A DNA stretch of 64,000 bases. Source: Macrostomum lignano (taxonomy: Eukaryota). Of this stretch, positions 25,641 to 39,394 are shown one piece after another. Location of the stretch: assembly GCA_002269645.1 (NCBI GenBank), contig NIVC01003987.1, positions 1-64,000 on the forward strand, in the 5' to 3' direction. The position numbers and the translations under genes were made by a program. Each line of letters starts with the position of its first letter. Positions within the stretch are counted from its first letter, which is position 1. The notes beneath the pieces were generated by a model. It was given only the letters and a program-made list of their open reading frames with translations. It made no database searches and had not been told where the DNA came from.

Positions 25641-26689
25641 GAACTAAAAAAGAAACAACTTGTGCAGATTTGCTTCTAAATAATTCGCCTCTCCTAAAAG
25701 AAATATCCGATATCAACACGGCATTTTTTGCGACCATTGATTTTAAAAGAAAGCTTTCTTTGAACTCTCAGCTGAATAATTTTGACACTCATTAACAGCT
25801 ATTTGCTTATCTTTGATTCGGTAATTATTCGACACCATCTAGTCATTTGCAAACTATGCTCATCATCTGTGCTTAATCGGAACGCAGCAATAACGACTCA
25901 AAGCCATGCTGGATCTACTTTGCTCACTTCTGCAACGCAACGCAAAGTCGCCTTAAAAATTTGTTACCGTTCGAATTAATGTTTTTGTTGTGCGCCTGCG
26001 TCAATGTACCAATGGAGTTTTTGCTGTGCTTTTTCTGTTTTCTTTCATGTGTTGTTTGGCTTCATCTGTGCAATAATAGGTTTAACAGCAGTTTACAAGC
26101 GTGCTGCAATTCAGTTTGGAAATTCGACTGAATCGCATGGAAATAAATGCTTCTTTTTAGCCTCTCCGAGCCTCTCTTTTTTTGGAGTTCAAGTTAATTT
26201 TTCACGGCTATTTTTAACTCGAATTGGTTATTGTCTGCGTACCGTATTGGTGCGCTTGCATCTGCTCTGGAGTCAGCGAAATAAGCAGAATTGCCGACAG
26301 CGCTGCATGGTTGTGGGACCATGTTCCAGTCGAATGACTGTCTAGCGTCATTAGCAACAGCAGCAATAATAATAGTAATAGTCCGTATTGTGACGCAATG
26401 TAACGATATATGCATATTTTTGGACAGCAATTGCGTAAGCTGAAGAAGCTACGTATCTATCTGTGTCTTTGTGGTGAAATTTCTAACTTGCGAGTGGAAC
26501 TCCTCCTTCGGAGGAGAAAGGGGAAGAACTCCTATCGCCAAAATTCCATTCCCTGTAATCTATCAGCTGAAATCCCATGCCTTGAATCTCATCTTCCAAA
26601 TCGTCTAAAAATCCTTTACAAAACCTTTCAAATACGCTCGTACCATATCTTGTTTTCCCTGTTTGCAAAGTGATTGCCATTGTCCAGAC

Positions 26690-27210
26690 TCCAGACCCAG
26701 CCTCTCCTGTCTGCTCTCTCCTCTTTGCTCTCTCATCTCTGCGCTCTCATCTTTATCCTATTCTTTCTCCTCACTACTTTCTCCTCTCTACTCTCTTATC
26801 TCTCTCATCTTTCATCTCTCGTCTCTCTCCCCTCTCCCCTCTCTCCTCTCGCTTCTCTCTCTCTCTCTCTCGTCTCATCTCTACTCTCTTATTTATTTCT
26901 TCTCCCTCCTCTATCGTCTCTACTCTCTCCTCTCTCTCTTCTGTTTCCTCTGTACTCTTTTCCTCTCTTCTCTTTCCTCTCATCTCTGCTATCTCATATC
27001 TCCCCTCTCCTTTCTCCTGCTCTCTCGTTTCTTCCCTCTACTCTCTATTCTCTCTCCTCTTCTCTTCTCTCCCTCTTTATTCCCGCCTCACTCCCCTCTT
27101 CTCTTCTCTCCCATCTGTCATCTCTAATCTGTCCTCTCTCATATCTACTCTTTTTTCTATCATATCTTCTCTCTTCTCTTTTTACTCTTCTCTCTACTCT
27201 CTTATCTGAC
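26690..27210. repeat. CT-rich low-complexity tract
   Basis: Degenerate (CT)n/(CTCTT)n; source of the spurious Ser/Leu ORFs. Confidence 0.9.
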
Positions 27211-27797
27211 TGACTGAAGGTGCCCGATAATAAAACCAATTTAAATTTGTCACCCGCCTCCTCCAATACTGAAAATACTGAAATGATAGCTTGAATGTGC
27301 GTACGCAACCCCCCCTCCAACTTTATCTCTGCCCTATCACAAAAATGACTAAAATATTTGCAGACATCAAATTTTCTTCATGAAACTAAAATCCATCAAA
27401 AATCCTTTTAGTGAAACCATAAAAATCATCGAGATCCTCTCCGTGAAAACTAACTCCATCAGATTCTCTTAATGAAACTGATTTTCATTAAAATCTCCTC
27501 CATTGAACGACCATCTAATTATAGCAATATCATTTCCGTCAATCAAGACTGTTAAATTGAAATCTATAAAAAGATGCTTTCTACTTTCAAAGTAACGCTT
27601 TTGATAGTCTGTGGGAACTCTTATACTCCAAGGAGCTCTGAAATGCTAGTTTTAGAAGTCCATGACATGAATTTTCTCTCTCGCGGGGCTGCTATGGCCA
27701 TAGACTATGCTGAATTTGTTGCTGTGCCGTGGATAAAAGAAAATAATTGTTGACAATTCAAGCCAACCGCTGTAAACTCTTCATTGCAGACGCAGAG

Positions 27798-30700
27798 ATG
27801 CTGGTCCGGGTGCGTCAAAACTCTCGAGCTATGCAGGCAAGCGGAGACGCGCCTCTAGCGCGCTGTCCGCCGAGGAACAACAGCGGCGACCAGAGTCAGG
27901 CGACGGTTGAGGTAAGTTGAGACCACAGATACTATGTAACCATAGTTACATAGTTAAATAGTATCTGTGGCCAACAGGTTCGCGCAGGGAATCGAACCAG
28001 AGGTCCGTTGGGCGAGAGTCAGACGCCCCTTCCGCCCCTCACCCAGCCCTCTCTTAGGCACGCGATCACCGCAAACAACCATCATCTGCGACGCTCGTCC
28101 ATTGTGGCGAGCAGCAGGCGGTCAAATCGAGCCACATTTGCCGAGTACGTCAAGCTGCGCAAAGAGGCCAAGGGAGCCGCGGGCAGGTCAACCTCAATGG
28201 CAAGCCGGAACGCTGCGGACTCTTTGATCGATGCAAAGGACCCCGCGTCCGTCTTTCAAAGACAGCAGCTAACCACGTTTGCTGAGTACCAGAAGCGAGG
28301 CCTGGGGGCTGCCGGTCTGTGATGACGGAACTCTTTGTTGCGTATCAGACCTCAGCCCTTCTTCATATAAAACATACTTTTTGACACGCTTGGCTCAGAC
28401 ACAGTTGTAACCGAGCCACTCTCACTGAACACCCTTCTGAGCTACAGTCCTCACTGAGCCACTTTTATTGAACACCCTTCCGAGCTACAGTCCTCACTGA
28501 GCCACTTTCATTGAACACCCTTCCGAGCTACAGTCCTCACTGAGCCACTTTCATTGAACACCCTTCCGAGCTACAGTCCTCACTGAGCCACTTTCATTGA
28601 ACACCCTTCCGAGCTACAGTCCTCACTGAGCCACTCTCACTGAACACCCTTCTGAGCTACAGTCCTCACTGAGCCACTTTCATTGAACACCCTTCCGAGC
28701 TACAGTCCTCACTGAGCCACTTTCATTGAACACCCTTCCGAGCTACAGTCCTGACTGAGTCACCCTCATTGGGCACCCTTCTGAGCTACGGTCTTCATCT
28801 TACATCCCAAACACTCCCTAGCAAGAGCCTATTTCAACCAAGTTACACCTAAACCGCCAGCGCGCCGTCAGAACGATCGGCAATCTTTGGCGAACTCGGA
28901 TTCCAGCGTGCTTGATCTGCCTGAGCCAGCCGATCCCGTCGGCCTGGAGACCGCAGACGGTGCGGCCGTGGCCGCCGCTGTTGCCAGATCCACCGCTGCC
29001 GACGAGAACGCTGATCGGAACGATGAAGACGCCGCCTCCGGTGACACGGCGACACAGGGCCAAAAGGGCTGCTGCGGCTGCTGCTCAAGGGCCAAGCGAA
29101 AAAACGCCGATCCGACTAGCCGACGGAAGCGGCGACTGGTGGAGCACGAAGGAACTTCGGTAGGTGGTTCCGCGTTGGTGGCTGCTGGAATACTTGTTTG
29201 CTACAGCTTGTATTGGACTCGAGTATTATGGTAGCCACGATTGTGCTGGAATTAATCAGCGGAACCCTCATCCGTTCTCTGCATTGTAATTAGTGCACCT
29301 CCGGAAATCCACCACTCAGCCAGCTGCTCGATGAGGATGCAGATTTAGCCGACGTCAAGGACATGGATCCGACCATCACTCTGATGCCCTACGTGCTGTT
29401 TGAAAGCGAGCGGCACAAAGTCCTGTACCAATCGGTGGGGATGGACGAGGCCGAGTTGTTGAAACGGGCCATCGCTCTGCACGCGAACGATCTCTACAAG
29501 CAGATGTTGATGAGGCTGTCAATGTCCAGGTGAGTCAGACTGTTTTTATGGTATAATTTAGATTTAGATACTGACTGATGTACTTGGCGATTTGTCACTG
29601 TCAGTGCATCAACGGGTCCGAGAGTTAACTGGGGTTGTGTCAGTGCATCAACGGATCCGAGAGTGTTAACTGGGGTTGTGTCAGTGCATCAACGGATCCG
29701 AGAGTGTTAACTGAGGTTGTGTCAGTGCATCAATGGATCCGAGAGTGCTAACTGGGGTTGTGTCAATGCATCAATGGATCCGAGAGTGTTAACTGGGGTT
29801 GTGTCAGTGCATCAATGGATCCGAGAGTGCTAACTGGGGTTGTGTCAATGCATCAATGGATCCGAGAGTGTTAACTGGGGTTGTGTCAGTGCATCAACGG
29901 ATCCGAGAGTGTTAACTGGGGTTGTGTCAGTGCATCAACGGATCCGAGAGTGTTAACTGGAGTTGTGTCAGTGTGTCGGTGCATCAACGGATCCGAGAGT
30001 GTTAACTGGAGTTGTGTCAGTGTGTCGGTGCATCAACGGATCCGAGAGTGTTAACTGGAGTTGTGTCAGTGTGTCGGTGCATCAACGGATCCGAGAGTGT
30101 TAACTGGGGTTGTGTCGGTGCATCAACGGATCCGAGAGTGTTAACTGGAGTTGTGTCAGTGCATCAACGGATCCGAGAGTGTTAACTGGGGTTGTGTCAG
30201 TGCATCAACGGATCCGAGAGTGTTAACTGGGGTTGTGTCAGTGCATCAACGGATCCGAGAGTGTTAACTGGGGTTGTGTCAGTGCATCAACGGATCCGAG
30301 AGTGTTAACTGAGGTTGTGTCAGTGCATCAACGGATCCGAGAGTGCTAACTGGGGTTGTGTCAGTGCATCAACGCATCCGAGAGTGTTAACTGGGGCTAT
30401 GCCGGTGCATCAAAGGAACGTCACAGGGCACTAGCAGAGCTCAGTAAAATGCAGCTTAACCGGCACTCCACACCCGCAAGGTACCTGAAGCTGATTCGTG
30501 AGCGTGTTGTTCGCACCGTGCTGTCAAAGAAGGTGCAGTTTTTCCTCAACAACGACGCTTTGGCCGTCAACCTGATGGGCATCGAGATCACCGCCGAGGA
30601 GTCGAAGAGCATCGGGGACAGCGTCGGCAACTCGCCCGGCCTGAGCGTTGGCGACATCACCTTCGACTCGCAGGCGGTGGAGATGCCGCAGTCCCGTTCG

Positions 30701-30883
30701 ACTCAGCTGCTTGAATCGCCGGACGTTTCCAGGCAGATGTTTAAACCGGCGCCAATGCTTTCCGACACCGAAGTGCTGGAGCTGCTCAATGAGGGAAAAA
30801 TACTTGACGTGACAGGGCGAGCATCGCTTGAGAGTCTCGTGTCCTTGCCCGTCACCAAAGTTGGACAGCGGCGCAGCTCCTGA
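27798..30883 (+). CDS. Uncharacterised protein, 5 predicted exons (27798-27911, 27978-28314, 28822-29159, 29294-29529, 30481-30883)
   Basis: Phase-compatible GT-AG junctions (GAG|GTAAGT, TCG|GTAGGT, AG|GTGAGT) and GC-rich codon-like composition. The exon 2 donor (GTCTGT) and last acceptor (AAG) are weak. No family recognised. Confidence 0.65.
28405..28800. repeat. 43-bp intronic minisatellite (GAGCTACAGTCCTCACTGAGCCACTTTCATTGAACACCCTTCC)n
   Basis: About 9 copies. Confidence 0.95.
29598..30410. repeat. 41-bp intronic minisatellite (GTCAGTGCATCAACGGATCCGAGAGTGTTAACTGGGGTTGT)n
   Basis: About 19 copies. Confidence 0.95.
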
Positions 30884-32585
30884 CGTGCTCAAGAAATTCT
30901 GAGCTCTGTGCCTTTTAGTCACATTTTTTATTTTGATTTGGATCTGGGTCTTCGATGACAGTGGTTGCTAGGGAACTGGTTTGAAAGTGAAAACTTTTTT
31001 TGTGGAAATTTTTTCACCAAACAATAATGTTTTATTAAAAGTGTAAAAAGTTTCCATCAAACTGCAAGAAAAGTTTTTTTTGTCGACTTTTAAAAAAGAA
31101 AATTTATTTTCTGATTTTCTAAGCCTCTCAAACCGATGGCAACAGTCTGTTTCGTTAATTATCTGATATTTAATTTTTACTGCTATAATAAAAATCTTGC
31201 CATTATTTTTTGATGGGCATATTTCAGTGGCTTAATAATGTTTGACTTACTTAACGGTTTGATTACGTGCGGTGCACATTTGGGCCAAAGCCCAAGACGC
31301 ACAGAGAGTGGTACGTAAGATAATTGTGCTTTTCTTCCAGAAAAAAAACAGATAACTTTTCCTCTTTCGCAGTGAAAACTGGTCTTCAGAGGAAGATACC
31401 AATGCCATACATAGATTTTCTGAAAGGATTGAAGATTTCTTTCATATTCGATCCTACCCGGCAAATCGGTTAGGAATCTATATACTAATTTAGCTCCGTT
31501 TTGATGCCTGCCTGTAATTGATGTTTCCTAGAACCGTCTTGTCGATTTTCTTTTTAAAATAGCTTTAAAACATTTGTGATTTTCTGACGGTCAAACACAA
31601 ATCTTTTCGATGAAAAACTCGAATGGGAAGTGGGTCAAATATTCGAAAAACGGTATTTCTTAATGCTTAGAGCATTTTGAATGCCCCCATGGGGGGCTTA
31701 ATGTGCTAGTTAACCTACTAAAACTATTTAATGTATCATTTAACTATGAATTTCTTTTCTGTTGAATCCTCAATTGTATATTTTATTATTTTTCTTTTCG
31801 AGCCATTAAAACGAGGACTGCATGAGAAACGATTTGAGGACTAGAAAAAGCGTCTATAGAAACAAAATGAACGCGAAAGTGCAACAAGTGCAAAAACGAG
31901 GAAACAAGTAGTTAAACATGGCAAAAAATCTTTCCAGAAGGAGAAGTCCTTTTTTAGACTAAACTTGACATAAATAGTGCTGCAGCACGGCAAACATGCT
32001 GTCATTCTGTTTGCGCACCTCGAAGAAGAATCGCCTCAGAAGATAGTTCCAATTGCCTCGACTCCATTCTTCGATCGGTTTGGAGACAAGAAGTCCTTTG
32101 GTATGGTTTCTCCTTGCAAAATTGCGTTCTAGCGCGCATTTTGCCAGTCTTTGAACACATTAACGGCCCATTGTTCTTTCCGGGATCATCTTGCATCACC
32201 TAGCCTAACGAATCGCGCTGAGGATGCAGAGGATTCAGTAGTAAATACTTTATATGCCGCGCAGTTGTTGCTCCAACTGCTGGTTCGAATAACTCGTCCA
32301 ACCAGTCCAACGATTCGGGTTGACTAAATAGATCCATGTCACGGCCAGATACTGACACTGAGTCAAGAAAAAAATTGTTTAGTTCCTTTCCTAGCGAATC
32401 AGTCTTTTACAAGGTTAAAGTGTACTTAACCCACAGTTCTAAAAATAGCATGTCACGACCGAGATATACTGACAGAAGCTGCGGCCCATAGAGATCTGCG
32501 GCAAGACACAGTGCTATCCCTGAAATTAATAATCCACTATATTTCATTTAGTAGTCCTGGGAGTAGCACTTGGCTGTGCCAGGCC

Positions 32586-33914
32586 ATGGCCACTGCCGAC
32601 CACCTGCGAGCTGCCCTGGAGGCTGACGATCGCGAATGCCTACTGAGACAGTGCGGCCAGCTGGACGTCAACCTGACGTTGACGTCAAACGGCTACGAAG
32701 CAACTGTGGCTCATCACGTCGCATCCAAACCCCACGGACTCGACTGCCTCAAGCGGCTGGTTGACAAGCTGGGAGCCGCCTGCCTGACAACTGAAGTGGA
32801 TGATGGCGGCGACTTGCCGCTGCATGTTGCGGCTCTGCGCCAGGATGAAAAATCGATGGAGTTCATCCGCAACAGCGCGGGACCGGAGTGCTTCGAGCTG
32901 ACTGGGCAGTTCAACCGAACCATTGTGCACATGGCGGCGCAGAATGAGCACAGCAGCTCAGCCCTGATGTGGCTGGTTAAGCAGATCGGACCAGACTGCC
33001 TGAACGTGCTCGATTCTGATGGCAACACGCCGGTCCACCTTGCAGCCTGGAAGCAGGATGAGGCATCGATGCGGTTCATCAAAGAGCAGCTCGGAACTGA
33101 CTGCTTCGTCCAGCGAGGAGAGATGCAGCGCACCGCCGTTCACATGTCTGCCTTGAATGTGGCCAGCAACTCGGCCTTCAAGTGGCTGGTGTGCGAGTGC
33201 GGCCCAGGCTCCCTGACGGAGAAAGATACCGAGAGCAACACTCCCGTTCACCTGGCCGCGCTAAGGCAAGGCGAAGACTCGATGCAGTTCATTAACGCGC
33301 AGGTCGGGTCTCAGGTGTTCCTGATCGAAGGTAACAATGGAGGCACTTCGGTGAACTTTGCAGCTGAAAACTGCATCAGCAAATCCGCACTGGCCTGGTG
33401 CGCCAGGGAGCTGGACCCCAAGTGTCTGCTGGTGAAGGATTCGTTTGGCAGAATGCCAATTCACCTGGCAGCTCTGCACCAGGATGAGCATTCGATGCAG
33501 CTGCTGGTGAGCTCACTCGGACGGGACTGCCTTACTCTGCCAGGTGAGATGCAGCGGACTGCCGTGCACTACGCTGCTCTGAACTCCAGCAGCATCTCTG
33601 CACTGAGGTGGATTGTCGGTCAGCTCGGAACCGACTGCCTGAAGCTGACGGACTCCGAGGGCAGCATGGCGCTGCATCTGGCGGCTCAGGTTCAGGGCGT
33701 GGACTCTCTTAGTCTCATCTTGGACTCCCTGGGCGCTGACGCCTTCAAGCTCGAGGGTCTCAACGGCCTGCGGATGGCTCACTACGCCGCCGCGAACAGC
33801 CAGAAGCAGGAGCTGCTGGCGTGGATCGCCAGCGAGATCGGGCCCGACAGCCTGCATGAGCCCGACGCCCTGGGCAGGACTGCCATCGAACTCGCCGCTG
33901 AAGACGATGAGTAG
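32586..33914 (+). CDS. Ankyrin-repeat protein, about 11.5 repeats, single coding exon
   Basis: Repeated G-x-TPxHLAA-type motifs (DGNTPVHLAA, QRTAVHMSAL, GRMPIHLAA). ATG at 32586 inside the 32511-33914 ORF. Confidence 0.9.
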   Translation: MATADHLRAALEADDRECLLRQCGQLDVNLTLTSNGYEATVAHHVASKPHGLDCLKRLVDKLGAACLTTEVDDGGDLPLHVAALRQDEKSMEFIRNSAGPECFELTGQFNRTIVHMAAQNEHSSSALMWLVKQIGPDCLNVLDSDGNTPVHLAAWKQDEASMRFIKEQLGTDCFVQRGEMQRTAVHMSALNVASNSAFKWLVCECGPGSLTEKDTESNTPVHLAALRQGEDSMQFINAQVGSQVFLIEGNNGGTSVNFAAENCISKSALAWCARELDPKCLLVKDSFGRMPIHLAALHQDEHSMQLLVSSLGRDCLTLPGEMQRTAVHYAALNSSSISALRWIVGQLGTDCLKLTDSEGSMALHLAAQVQGVDSLSLILDSLGADAFKLEGLNGLRMAHYAAANSQKQELLAWIASEIGPDSLHEPDALGRTAIELAAEDDE

Positions 33915-34115
33915 GCAGAGGCTGGCGAGGAGACATTTTATGGTTTGAGTTGGGGTCTCCTGCGCTCTCTTTTGCACTTCGTTCTTCATTATTGATTTTT
34001 CAAATCGATAAACCATGCAAATAAGCATTTGGTTCTTCTCGGCTTCACTGACACAATCTCGGGCTCGGGCCGGCTTCATCGTTGATTTTTTAACATTTTA
34101 ACAATAAATTGAGCC

Positions 34116-34470
<355 letters not shown>

Positions 34471-34686
34471 CTTTTTTCTGTTTGTGTCCCTGTCTCTATA
34501 CTCTATCTTGAAAAATTAACTTTTCAATCTACAATGCTCATGCTATGATGAAGCCAATAAGAAAACAAGTTATTTCTCGAATACTGGAGCAGAATTATAA
34601 TCTTTGTTATCAGCAAATACTAACTAATGTAGAATCTATCGTTTCTCTGTAAACCGAATGCTGGTTGCTAGGCCAAGTCTAGCAGC

Positions 34687-36819
34687 TCACACCCTGGTGA
34701 TGGGTGAGTAGGCCAAGATTCTCGGATAGCCGGCCTCGGGTCTGATGGGCACAGCTGGGAAGTGCTGCTGGTGCTGCTGGTGCTGCTGGTGCTGCTGGTG
34801 CTGCTGGTGCTGCTGGTGCTGCTGGTGCTGCTGGTGCTGCTGGTGCTGCTGGTGCTGCTGGAGGTGGCGCTGCAGACCCGAGCAGCTCACAAATGATGGC
34901 GAGATTGGCATCGGCAGCGGTGGAGGTGGTGGCAGCTGCGCGAACACCGAGCTGAGCGCCTCGACCGAGGACGAACGCCCGCCAGCTGACGACTCGTCGA
35001 AAGAGGCCTGCCGATTCTGCCGATGGTGCAGCGACGACCGAGTCCGGCAGGAAGCCTGCCGCTGCCGCCGCTGGTGATCAAAATAGTCAGAGCCCCCCGG
35101 AGCATCTTCTGCCGCACCCAGATCGTTGATCTCGTTGACGCTGCCGACGCAGCTGCTGGCTCCTTCATCGCCGCCGTCGGATGTCGCCTCCGGCTGCCGC
35201 TGCGGCGAACTGCCGGAAGCTCCTGTCGCCGCCGCTGCCGCCAACGCCAGGCGGCCTTTGCCGGCGGAGTTACCGACTGCCGAGCCGGAATCGACGGTCA
35301 GCATCCAGCGGTTGACTTCGTCCTCGCTGGAGAGCGGCGCCGGCTTGGCGCAGGGCAGGCAGCGGGCCACCAGGTGGTTGGCGCTGCGATCGAATGCCAG
35401 CACGACTACGGGCTCGAGGGCGGCTCTGGCGAAGCCCAGGATGGTCAGCAGCTTGTAGACTTCGGCGCTCACCTGCGGTTGGGTAAGGCGGATAGATAAG
35501 GAGATAAATTAGTAGGTAGGTAGTAGGTAACTAAGTTAGGATAGGTAGCTTTGTATCGATATTGTGTTGCTACGGTGTTGCTACGGTGTTGCTACGGTGT
35601 TGCTACGGTGTTGCTACGGTGTTGCTACGGTGTTGCTACGGTGTTGCTACGGTGTTGCTACGGTGTTGCTACGGTGTTGCTACGGTGTTGCTACGGTGTT
35701 GCTACGGTGTTGCTACGGTGTTGCTACGGTGTTGCTACGGTGTTGCTACGGTGTTGCTATGGTGTTGCTACGGTGTTGCTACGGTGTTGCTACGGTGTTG
35801 CTACGGTGTTGCTACGGTGTTGCTACGGTGTTGCTACGGTGTTGCTACGCTGTTGCTACGCTGTTGCTACGCTGTTGCTACGGTGTTGCTACGGTGTTGC
35901 TACGGTGTTGCTACGGTGTTGCTACATTGCCTAGCAGGCCTCCTCCATTTGCCCGCACCTGGTACTGCGGGTCCACCAGGATCAGCAGAAACAGCGGGTA
36001 CCAGCACACGAAGTGCAGGCCGCACACCGCGCTCAGCACCCGCTGCCTGTTCCGTTTAATCTCGGCCAGGCTGTCCAACTTTCTGTCCACCGCCTCCATG
36101 CTGACCGGCAGCTCCTCCTGCTGGCTGCTCAGAATGATAAGCTTGGCCTGCACGGTCTTGCCGATGACCCGGTAGAACACGGCCAAGTAGTAGGCGGCGG
36201 CGGCCAGGGCCAAGGACACGATGAGGATCCACATGGTGTACACAATGTAGTTCTTGGCCTGCCCGTACACAAATAGGCACCGTTTGGATTTGCTGGACTC
36301 AAAATTGGCGCCAATTAAGGTGGGGCCCAGGTGCAAAATGATGCTGCCAGTGTACACCAGCACCGTGCCAAACAGCACGCAGCACAGGTTGCCCTTCGGC
36401 CGCTGCTTTACCACGGTCGGGCAGTTGTCGAACAGGTACACCTCGCAGCAGGCCGCCGCCACCAGGTTGAACACCGAGGCGGTCATCAGGACAACGTAGC
36501 TCGTGCCCAGCGAGTTGCAGCTGCTCGCCGGCACGACGCCTTCTTGAAGGCCGCGAGCGAATATGACGCAATAGGCTGACAGCGCAGAGTTCAGCAGGCA
36601 GGCGTGCACCAGGAAGGCCGAGGACAGGCGCCGCGTGTGCGACTGCAGTAGCACTGCGGTCAGGAGGGCGGCGTTTGCTGACAGGCCCAGCCCGGCAACC
36701 AGGTACATCACGGCCTGCTCCAGTGCGCTGTGCAGTGCTTCAGTGTCCACATGTTCGTGCTCCGCTGCAGCCGCCGCTGCATCCGCGGTTGATGACGCCA
36801 CCGATGAGTCATCCGACAT
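34687..36819 (-). CDS. Atypical class A (rhodopsin-like) GPCR, 2 coding exons (36819-35959, 35472-34687)
   Basis: Seven hydrophobic segments; GLGLSANAALL (TM1 Asn), Cys atop TM3 and in ECL2, CWYPLF (TM6 CWxP). Phase-0 intron YQ|VSAEVYK. Long low-complexity C-tail with (HQQ)n. Confidence 0.88.
35563..35925. repeat. 11-bp intronic minisatellite (CTACGGTGTTG)n
   Basis: About 32 copies in the GPCR intron. Confidence 0.97.
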
Positions 36820-36989
36820 TCTAGTCTGGAGTGAAAATAATTGCTTAAAAGTAACTTTTTGCACTCTTATCATTTCTCTGCACTTGTTCTTTGGACTTGC
36901 TTTCAAAAGTATTTTTTTATTCAGTTCTATGTTTGTTTCCATTGCTCACACATATCGCTATTAACCTGCTTATTGCTCTAGAAATTCTC

Positions 36990-37160
36990 ACCTCTCCTCT
37001 CCTGTCCTCACCTCTCCTCTCCTCTCTCCTCTCCTCTCCTCTCCTCTCCTCTCCTCTCCTCTCCTCTCCTCTCCTCTCCTCTCCTCTCCTCTCCTCTCCT
37101 CTCCTCTCCTCTCCTCTCCTCTCCTCTCCTCTCCTCTCCTCTCCGCTTCTTTCCGCTCCT
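36990..37160. repeat. (CTCCT)n microsatellite
   Basis: Direct reading. Confidence 0.97.
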
Positions 37161-37621
37161 CTCTTTACTCTCAAAAAAGTATTCTAAAAGTGTCAACCGT
37201 AAGCCATCTGTGCTCAGTCTGTTCTCTTACCTGTCAGTAACGAGAAACACAAGCAACCACAGCCCGAGGGTAACACAACCTTTGTAAATAAACTTTTCTC
37301 ATTGAATTTGAACCGCGGTTCTCACACTGCCAGCTATCTGCTCAAAGATTGAGCTTATTTATTTTTCTGTCCAAGAAAAGAGAATGACTGGAGCGACACA
37401 GCGTGACGCGCACTTGTCCTGCTGAGAATGGCCGAACCAGCTGGAGTGCTGCCAAGTCTCTATTGAGAGATTTTCTATTGAATGAACAGCAGCAGCTGTG
37501 GTTGGTCAAGCCTTCTGCTATGATGCTGCTGCCGCTTTCAGTTCGTTGCACTCACTGACTGGTTGGTTAATTGCACCCAGCGGGACTGGCCTCAGTACAG
37601 TAGATGGTCCCTGCGTTCTCC

Positions 37622-38987
<1,366 letters not shown>

Positions 38988-39394
38988 TAGCCAGGTCTTT
39001 TACGAGGTCTTTTAGCCTATACTGCTCTCTGCCTATTGAAATTCAGTTGAAAAGACTCATTGAACTTTAAATATAAAAGGTGACTTTGAGCTCTAGGTTT
39101 CATAAAATTCATATTTCATAAAGCACAAGGAACTCAATTCAAATTCGTTTCATTCTTCGCTGCATTTCGGCGCCACAGCCTGCCGACTTTTTACGGTCAA
39201 GCTGTCCATCTGACTAAATTAACCCAGCCTCGAGTTTCACGGCCCTTATCCAGCTTCTTGCATTCGGGGGTTTTCCTGCGGATGTTTTTAACTCCAGCCT
39301 GTAAAGCACATCGGTCGCGTTACTTCTCCTTGACTTAATAATTGTTACACGCCTAGACTTGGGGGCAGAAAGAGAGATGGATGAAAATGGATGA

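Noticed and set aside
18585-30410. Regularly spaced 38-43-bp repeats as a possible CRISPR array
   Set aside because: Units are directly adjacent with no unique spacers, there are no cas genes, and the context is eukaryotic and mostly intronic.
30964-30976. RFX X-box-like GTTGCTAGGGAAC
   Set aside because: Single motif in a 3' flank, far from the ciliary gene BBS2; no convincing X-box found upstream of BBS2.
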